Virus record (IMG/VR): IMGVR_UViG_3300035703_000036
Coordinates: 32,001 to 96,000 of that record
DNA from: a virus
Reading direction: 5' to 3' (one strand)
DNA: 64,000 nucleotides
In this document: positions 58,269 to 64,000 of the stretch, one piece after another
Layout: each line of letters starts with the position of its first letter
Numbering within the stretch: position 1 is the stretch's first letter
The notes under the pieces: generated by a model
What the model was told of the DNA's origin: nothing
What the model saw: only the letters and a program-made list of their open reading frames with translations
The model's database searches: none
Position numbers and translations under genes: made by a program

Positions 58269-58835
58269 TTATCCTTGCTGATTTTGATCCTGTTCAAAAT
58301 TAAGGTTTTTTTCCGTTTCAACAATTTTATAAAGTTCAGTAATTTCTGTAGAAACTTCAGATTTATCTGTAGTAATAATATCGCCTACTTTTTTACCTAA
58401 AATTAATTGCTTATTTTCTTCTCTAAGAGACGGAATAGAGAACTGAAGTCTAGGCACTACAACTTCTCCATTTAAAAGATCTCTAGCAACAACAAAGGAA
58501 TTGCTATTAACAGTTCCTTCTTCATCTTTTACCAATACACCCTGATCAACTAGGAATTTAATTTTTTCTTTTAAATCATTAACTTCATAATCCTCTATCT
58601 TTCTAGTTACCTCGTCATTATTTGCAATATTTTTGTCGGTTAAAACATCTACAATTGCATTTTGTCTGCGAGCTAAAAAAGATAAGTTAACATTGGTACG
58701 CTCAATTTCTTCAGCCATAACCTCGATAGATCTTCTGTCTGCCATCACCAGCTCGTTTAATTGGGCAATTTTGCTTTCTAATTGCTCTAATTTTTGAGCC
58801 GCTGTTAAGTTCGTGTTCTTTTTCTCATTTGCCAT
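58269..58835 (-). CDS. Coiled-coil protein with GreA-C-terminal-like domain
   Basis: C-terminal LILGKKVGD...EITEL; ORF secure, function tentative. Confidence 0.4.
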   Translation of the reverse strand: MANEKKNTNLTAAQKLEQLESKIAQLNELVMADRRSIEVMAEEIERTNVNLSFLARRQNAIVDVLTDKNIANNDEVTRKIEDYEVNDLKEKIKFLVDQGVLVKDEEGTVNSNSFVVARDLLNGEVVVPRLQFSIPSLREENKQLILGKKVGDIITTDKSEVSTEITELYKIVETEKNLNFEQDQNQQG

Positions 58836-58844
58836 AGTTTCCTC

Positions 58845-59864
58845 CTAATCTACTTGTTGTATTCTTGACCCGCCTTTTTTAGAGGCGAGAACTCTTGCTA
58901 GTACATTTTCAAATCCGGATTTGTCATTTCTACCTGAATCCATAGCTTGTTGCATTTCATAGTGAGAAGCTATTTGTTCGGCAGTAGGTAAAGGTCTGGG
59001 ATTTTCTGGCACAGCTTTAACCCCTGTTGCAATTTGCGAGTTAGCTCTTGCCAATTCTTCAGATGACATTTTACTTGCGGGCTTTCTATTTTTCATTTTT
59101 TTCAAATCTTCTCTGGCGATTTCTTCAATGCTCTTACTTACATCAGAAACAGGAACTACATTTTTTGCAGGTTTTTGAATTGAAGTAGCTCTTAACGGTT
59201 CTTCTTTTTTTGCCGGAGTTTTAGTTTTCAAAGAAGGTTTAACGGTAGAAGTTTGCGCCTGATTGATCGGAGCCAATCCTTTAGGCTTTGTTGGTCTAGT
59301 TGTTTCCGACATTTTTTTAGGAACAGTATTTTGAACGGAAACAGACTCTTCTCTAGCGCTTGACTCGGTAGATAGGTAGACATCATCTCCATTAGTACTT
59401 GCGCCTTGGGTTCCTTTGTAAGATAATTGCTTTAAAAATTCCACTTCAACAGTATTGAAAGGCAATTTAACTGAAGATTCTACTACATGAATAGTTTCGG
59501 TTTTTTCCGTTTTTTCAGATTTAATTCCTAAAAGAATTTCTAATCTTTGAACGATAAATTCCTTGATCTCTTTTTCGACATTTTTAAGCGCCGTAGGGTT
59601 GGCTTTAATTCCTTCAAATAGATTGTGCTTAATCAACATCTCATAGAGTCTAGCCTGTTCTAATCTGACCATAGCTTCGCCAATAACGCTTCTTTCTCTT
59701 TCCGTTACAGTTTTGTAAGGAATCTTAACCGGCTCGGTTCTAGGCTCATCTTCCATAGTTTCAGGAATATCATCCTCATCAATAGAATCCGCATATTGTT
59801 TATTAACCTCTTCTATCAGATCGATTTCTGAAGTGTCTTCATTATCCCAATCAAAATTACTCAT
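58845..59864 (-). CDS. Hypothetical largely disordered protein
   Basis: Acidic N-terminus, P/K/T-rich middle; AAGGAG RBS. Confidence 0.75.
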   Translation of the reverse strand: MSNFDWDNEDTSEIDLIEEVNKQYADSIDEDDIPETMEDEPRTEPVKIPYKTVTERERSVIGEAMVRLEQARLYEMLIKHNLFEGIKANPTALKNVEKEIKEFIVQRLEILLGIKSEKTEKTETIHVVESSVKLPFNTVEVEFLKQLSYKGTQGASTNGDDVYLSTESSAREESVSVQNTVPKKMSETTRPTKPKGLAPINQAQTSTVKPSLKTKTPAKKEEPLRATSIQKPAKNVVPVSDVSKSIEEIAREDLKKMKNRKPASKMSSEELARANSQIATGVKAVPENPRPLPTAEQIASHYEMQQAMDSGRNDKSGFENVLARVLASKKGGSRIQQVD

Positions 59865-59894
59865 AAATAAAACTCCTTAACATATTATACCACA

Positions 59895-61604
59895 TTATGC
59901 TTCACAAGCCTTACATTCGTCACCTCTTGAAGCGCTATCGGCCCTTAAAACGCTAGAAGTTCGGCAATAATACAAAGTTTTTATCCCCATTTTCCATGCC
60001 TCTAAGTGAACTTTGTGAATAAATCTAGGATCTGCGTTAGCCGAGAAAAATAGATTTAAACTTTGAGATTGACATATATATTTTTGCCGTTGAGATGCCT
60101 GCCTAATGATGGCCATTTGATTAATCTCATACGCCGTTTTAAACACTTCCTTTTCTTCAGGAGAAAGAAAATCTAAATGTTGTACAGATCCGTATGCGGC
60201 ATTGATCGATTTCCATACTTCAGGTATATCTCTATTATGTTTTTTAAGAATAATTTTTAAAGTTCTATTTTGTCTTAAAAAGACTCCTTTAGCTGTTTTA
60301 TCTGTATAAGCATTAGCAATAATCGGTTCAATTCCTGCGCTAACGTCTCCGCTTATAATTGAGTTAGATCGAGTAGGAGCTACAGCTAAAAGATGACTAT
60401 TGCGCATACCCGTGCCTTTTAACCATTCCGGCTCACCATAGGCTATTGCTAGTTCTTTGCTGGCATTTACCGCTTTTTCTTTAATACTTTTAAACATTTC
60501 ATTATTTAATGCCATAGCTTGAAAAGAATCAAAGGGAATCATTTTTTCTTGCAGCAGAGTATGCCACCCTAATACGCCTATTCCAATAGCCCTACCTTTG
60601 ACTGCGCTTCTAATAACTTTTTCAAAACCAGACATAGCTGAAGCTTTTTCTATAAATTCTGACAAAACCGCATCAAGAAATAGTGTCGTATAAAAAACTA
60701 AGTCTGAATCTTTCCATTCATCGTATTTTGCGGCATTTAGAGAAGATAGGCAGCAAATAAAACTATGGTCGCTATCAGTAAATAAAGTAATCTCGCTGCA
60801 AATATTGGTCATGCCTACTTTTAAATTATTAAGGTTATAACCTTCAGGATTGTTTTTGTTTACTGTATCAGAAAACATAATATAGCTTTCGCCGGTTTCC
60901 ATTCTGGTTTTGAGTAGTTCTCTCCATTTTTCTCTAGCTTCTTTTTCCCCATCTACAACTTTTTTCATAAAACTGTCGGGAATAATAGAGCAATGGTGTG
61001 TGTTTAGGCATTGAAAATTAACATCGCCTTCAGGCCTTCTCATTCGAATAAAATGAGGCCAATCTTTATGTGTAATACTAAGATTTGCACTGTACGCACC
61101 TCTTCTGACTTGACCTTGACTAGTTACCGCTCCGGTAGCGTCATATATCTTAATCCATCCTAAGATACTTCCTGTTTTACCGTTTAATCCACCTTTAATA
61201 GGAGATCCACTAGGTCTTAGTCTATCAAAATTAATTCCTACACCGCCAGAAGCCGCGCTTAATTTTCCTGCTTCTCTTACGCCGCCGAAAATTTCATCTA
61301 GGTTGTCTCCCACATCTGTTCCATAGCAGGAAATAGGAAGAGCCCTGTCAGTTCCCAGATTACTTAAAACTGGCGTAGCTGGGCATAGCCAATTTCTCCA
61401 CATCAAATCAAAAAAAATGTCTTCCAGATGATTTGTAGCATTATAATTACTTAAATAAGAAGCCGCAGATTTGGCTACTCTTTTGTACATTTGTTTTGGA
61501 GTTTCATTGTCAAGCAAGTATCCTCCGCAAACTGTAGTATAACTTTCTTCGCTGTACCATTCAGGGGCTTCCCCTGTTTTCTTTAATTCCTCTAAATTAG
61601 ACAT
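59895..61604 (-). CDS. nrdA: Ribonucleotide reductase class I alpha subunit (no ATP cone evident; start moved to 61604)
   Basis: PATPVL, PISC, NICSEI, CCLSS, APT, KTLYY, C-terminal CKAC. Confidence 0.95.
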   Translation of the reverse strand: MSNLEELKKTGEAPEWYSEESYTTVCGGYLLDNETPKQMYKRVAKSAASYLSNYNATNHLEDIFFDLMWRNWLCPATPVLSNLGTDRALPISCYGTDVGDNLDEIFGGVREAGKLSAASGGVGINFDRLRPSGSPIKGGLNGKTGSILGWIKIYDATGAVTSQGQVRRGAYSANLSITHKDWPHFIRMRRPEGDVNFQCLNTHHCSIIPDSFMKKVVDGEKEAREKWRELLKTRMETGESYIMFSDTVNKNNPEGYNLNNLKVGMTNICSEITLFTDSDHSFICCLSSLNAAKYDEWKDSDLVFYTTLFLDAVLSEFIEKASAMSGFEKVIRSAVKGRAIGIGVLGWHTLLQEKMIPFDSFQAMALNNEMFKSIKEKAVNASKELAIAYGEPEWLKGTGMRNSHLLAVAPTRSNSIISGDVSAGIEPIIANAYTDKTAKGVFLRQNRTLKIILKKHNRDIPEVWKSINAAYGSVQHLDFLSPEEKEVFKTAYEINQMAIIRQASQRQKYICQSQSLNLFFSANADPRFIHKVHLEAWKMGIKTLYYCRTSSVLRADSASRGDECKACEA

Positions 61605-62580
61605 CGGCCATCCCCTCTTCTTTGTCGTACATCTTATCCCAGTCAATGTGTCCCTTAGAATACTCAGTTACTTTCTGAGCGAAAAAATCTTGAAATTCTA
61701 CGCCAGAACTAATATACTCGAACCATTCCATTTTTGCAAGAGATTCTTTATCAATATTTTTCCAGTTAACTTTTAAGTTTAAATCCTGAAGTTTTGTATT
61801 AGTTCTGTGCCTAATAAAGTTTTTAAGATCTTTAGGATCTAACCCTCTAATTTCTCCTAAAGAAAAAGCTTTATCAATAAAATTATCCTCTAATTCCACA
61901 GTTATTCTAGCAGCTTCATAGATTTCTTTTTTTAAATCATCCGTCCATATTTCAGGATTTTCTGAAATAAACTCTCTAAATAGTCTGCATCCAGCTTCCG
62001 AATGTAGGCTTTCATCTCTAATTGACCAGCTTACAATCTGAGATACACCCTTCATCATATTAAATCTACTGAGATTTAATAAAATCGCAAAAGAGCTGAA
62101 TAAATTAACGCCTTCAGTAAACCCAGAAAAAATAGCCAAACTTCTAGCTATGTCTTTCTTGTCCTTGGTTTTTACATATTTTAATCTATCTAATTTGGCC
62201 ATAGCCGAATCATCTTGAAGAAAAGCTTTATAATCATCCAAACCTAATGAGTCATTTAGATAACTATATCCCCACATGTGGACACATTCCATATTGCTGA
62301 ATGCGCTAGACATCATACATATTTCAACTACCGGAAACCATTTGGAAACTCTTTTACTCCAATAATCATTGACATAAGTTTCAGTTTGAGTAAAAGATTT
62401 TAAGATCTGTCCTAATACTTGTCTTTCTGATTCAGTTAGATTTTGATTCCAATCTTGTATATCTCCTGACATGGCAACTTCCGTAGGTAGCCAATGAGCT
62501 TGGTTTTGTTTTTGGCAATAATCAAACGCCCAATCATATTGAAAAGGCTTGTAGTAATCCCTAGTCTTAGTTAGAGACAT
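61597..62580 (-). CDS. nrdB: Ribonucleotide reductase class I beta subunit
   Basis: W...E, ECVH...Y, EG..LFSSF, DESLH, FF tail. Confidence 0.95.
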   Translation of the reverse strand: MSLTKTRDYYKPFQYDWAFDYCQKQNQAHWLPTEVAMSGDIQDWNQNLTESERQVLGQILKSFTQTETYVNDYWSKRVSKWFPVVEICMMSSAFSNMECVHMWGYSYLNDSLGLDDYKAFLQDDSAMAKLDRLKYVKTKDKKDIARSLAIFSGFTEGVNLFSSFAILLNLSRFNMMKGVSQIVSWSIRDESLHSEAGCRLFREFISENPEIWTDDLKKEIYEAARITVELEDNFIDKAFSLGEIRGLDPKDLKNFIRHRTNTKLQDLNLKVNWKNIDKESLAKMEWFEYISSGVEFQDFFAQKVTEYSKGHIDWDKMYDKEEGMADV

Positions 62581-62592
62581 ATATATCCTTAG

Positions 62593-63252
62593 TTATTTTT
62601 TGTTTGTTTTAAGTAGCTTCTTTTGTTCTCGTAAACGCTTTCGCTCTTCTTTCTCCTCAAGTTCACGGCGTTGTTTTTGTAGATGGTTTTGGTATAGCTT
62701 TTCAAATTCTATATTCCTTTTATTGATAAACTCTTTATCGAATTCATTTTCAGGATTAAGATGAAAACCGTTATCCATTTCTTGATCAATCGCAAAATCA
62801 TTCCATCTATCTCTGAAAAAGTTTTCTTTTGTACTTTTCCAGCTATGACAACTTTTTTGTCCTTTAGGAAGATCTTTTGATTTTGTACTACATAGTACTT
62901 GAAGATTAGATATTTTGCAAAATATCCCTCTGGCGAGTTCGTCGTAAGTCATCTTTTCTTCCTTTTTCCATAGAGGAACTACAGGTTCAATGTGATCTAC
63001 TTGAACATTCTTTTGGGAAAACAATCCCTCACAATGAGCGCATCGGTATCTTACTTGGTTTTTTTTGCCAACAGATCCATCTTTAAGAGTCTTAGGAGGA
63101 AGCTCTACTCTGGCGGCCTGTAGAACTTCCTTCATTTGAGGAGAAAGTCTAAAAGATCTACGCATAGCTCCTTTTATTCTTCCTCTTTCTTCAACCCACC
63201 GACCATTTTCGTCGTATAAAGATTTTTCTTTTTTATTTAGTTTCTTCGGCAT
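62593..63252 (-). CDS. HNH endonuclease
   Basis: CAHC...VDHIEP...NLQVLC...CH..K. Confidence 0.85.
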   Translation of the reverse strand: MPKKLNKKEKSLYDENGRWVEERGRIKGAMRRSFRLSPQMKEVLQAARVELPPKTLKDGSVGKKNQVRYRCAHCEGLFSQKNVQVDHIEPVVPLWKKEEKMTYDELARGIFCKISNLQVLCSTKSKDLPKGQKSCHSWKSTKENFFRDRWNDFAIDQEMDNGFHLNPENEFDKEFINKRNIEFEKLYQNHLQKQRRELEEKEERKRLREQKKLLKTNKK

Positions 63253-63535
63253 CGCCTGACTTTTCCTTAATCAATAAATTAATATAAGCTAATTTATCTT
63301 TTAAAGCAGACAAAGCATCCCTATATGGGCCCGACAATTCTGATAACTTATCTTTAGTAGCCTCTAACTCTTCATCGTTTTTCTTTGCCAAAATAGTATC
63401 TTCTCGATGTTTAGCGTAAGTCATTAGAGTTTTTTCTAGATCGGCAATGTTAAGGCCGTCTACTGAATCAGTAAATGACCCGTATTTTTTTTGAATTTTT
63501 TCTTTTTGCGTTCTTGAGCTTAATTTTTCAGACAT
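63233..63535 (-). CDS. Helical hypothetical phage protein
   Basis: GGAGG RBS. Confidence 0.7.
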   Translation of the reverse strand: MSEKLSSRTQKEKIQKKYGSFTDSVDGLNIADLEKTLMTYAKHREDTILAKKNDEELEATKDKLSELSGPYRDALSALKDKLAYINLLIKEKSGDAEETK

Positions 63536-63546
63536 ATTTCCTCCTG

Positions 63547-63900
63547 TTAAAAACTATCGTCCGTTCTATAGTCAAATTTAGGTAATCTTTTTAAACAATC
63601 ATTTTTATTTAAAAAAGCAATCGTAGATTCCACTATACACAGAACACTCTGATGTTCCTCTTGAATTTTTATTTTGCTAACTCCTAGATATGTTGGAAAT
63701 AGTTTATTTGCCATCATACTTTTTGCGGAGCTAGTAATTTGATGTAAGCTATTGTAATCCATATTAAAATTAGATTTACTTAAATGAGTATATTTATCAA
63801 GCAAATTAATTAAAGTTTTAACTTTATCATTATGATCTTGGCTTTCGATATTTTCAAAAAATCTAAGAACATCTGCTCGTATCTGATCTTCTAAATTCAT
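63547..63900 (-). CDS. Hypothetical protein
   Basis: AGGGG RBS; TGGTATAAT at 63918-63926. Confidence 0.7.
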   Translation of the reverse strand: MNLEDQIRADVLRFFENIESQDHNDKVKTLINLLDKYTHLSKSNFNMDYNSLHQITSSAKSMMANKLFPTYLGVSKIKIQEEHQSVLCIVESTIAFLNKNDCLKRLPKFDYRTDDSF

Positions 63901-64000
63901 TTTTACCCCTTTCCATAATTATACCATACTAACAGAACTTTCTTCACCGTTTCTTATAACTGTAACAACTTCTGACATCATTTCTTTTAATTCTGAACTG

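Noticed and set aside
59895-63252. Intron or intein in the RNR genes linked to the neighbouring HNH gene
   Set aside because: Both RNR ORFs are continuous and of compact length; the HNH gene is free-standing.
1-64000. Stop-codon reassignment
   Set aside because: Long conserved genes are intact under the standard code and TAA, TAG and TGA all end genes at sensible positions.
1-64000. tRNA or rRNA genes, DGR, integrase
   Set aside because: No cloverleaf-like sequence seen in the short intergenic gaps and no reverse transcriptase or recombinase motifs; tRNAscan/Infernal not run.

Overview
AT-rich (roughly one-third GC by eye) fragment of a large lytic tailed phage with a contractile tail; no capsid, portal, terminase, sheath or integrase is recognisable in this window. 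The + strand (1-37.3 kb) carries small early/accessory genes (C39 peptidase, cupredoxin, HAD, dNMP kinase, MazG-like), then a baseplate/tail-fibre module (LysM+gp25-like fusion, a 2104-aa baseplate-J, tube-like protein, several fibre/receptor-binding proteins, a holin-like gene) interrupted by two short antisense islands, one containing phoH. The - strand (37.4-64 kb) carries the replication/recombination module (class Ia RNR, DnaE, DEDDh exonuclease, SSB, RecA, helicase, primase), an intein-containing ClpP, a PLP enzyme, a subtilisin and a cassette of small genes with near-consensus sigma70 promoters. Lipoboxes and exported proteins are compatible with a Gram-negative host (inference). The best candidate for an undescribed system is a phage transcription-rewiring kit: a conserved GCAATCTTTA motif ahead of the structural operons, a sigma region-2-like protein with no obvious region 4, a free-standing sigma region-4-like protein and a Gre-fold-like protein. 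All protein calls come from motif recognition by eye, not database searches. Several starts were moved from the ORF track to better RBS-supported codons, and several sub-60-aa ORFs were added by manual translation.
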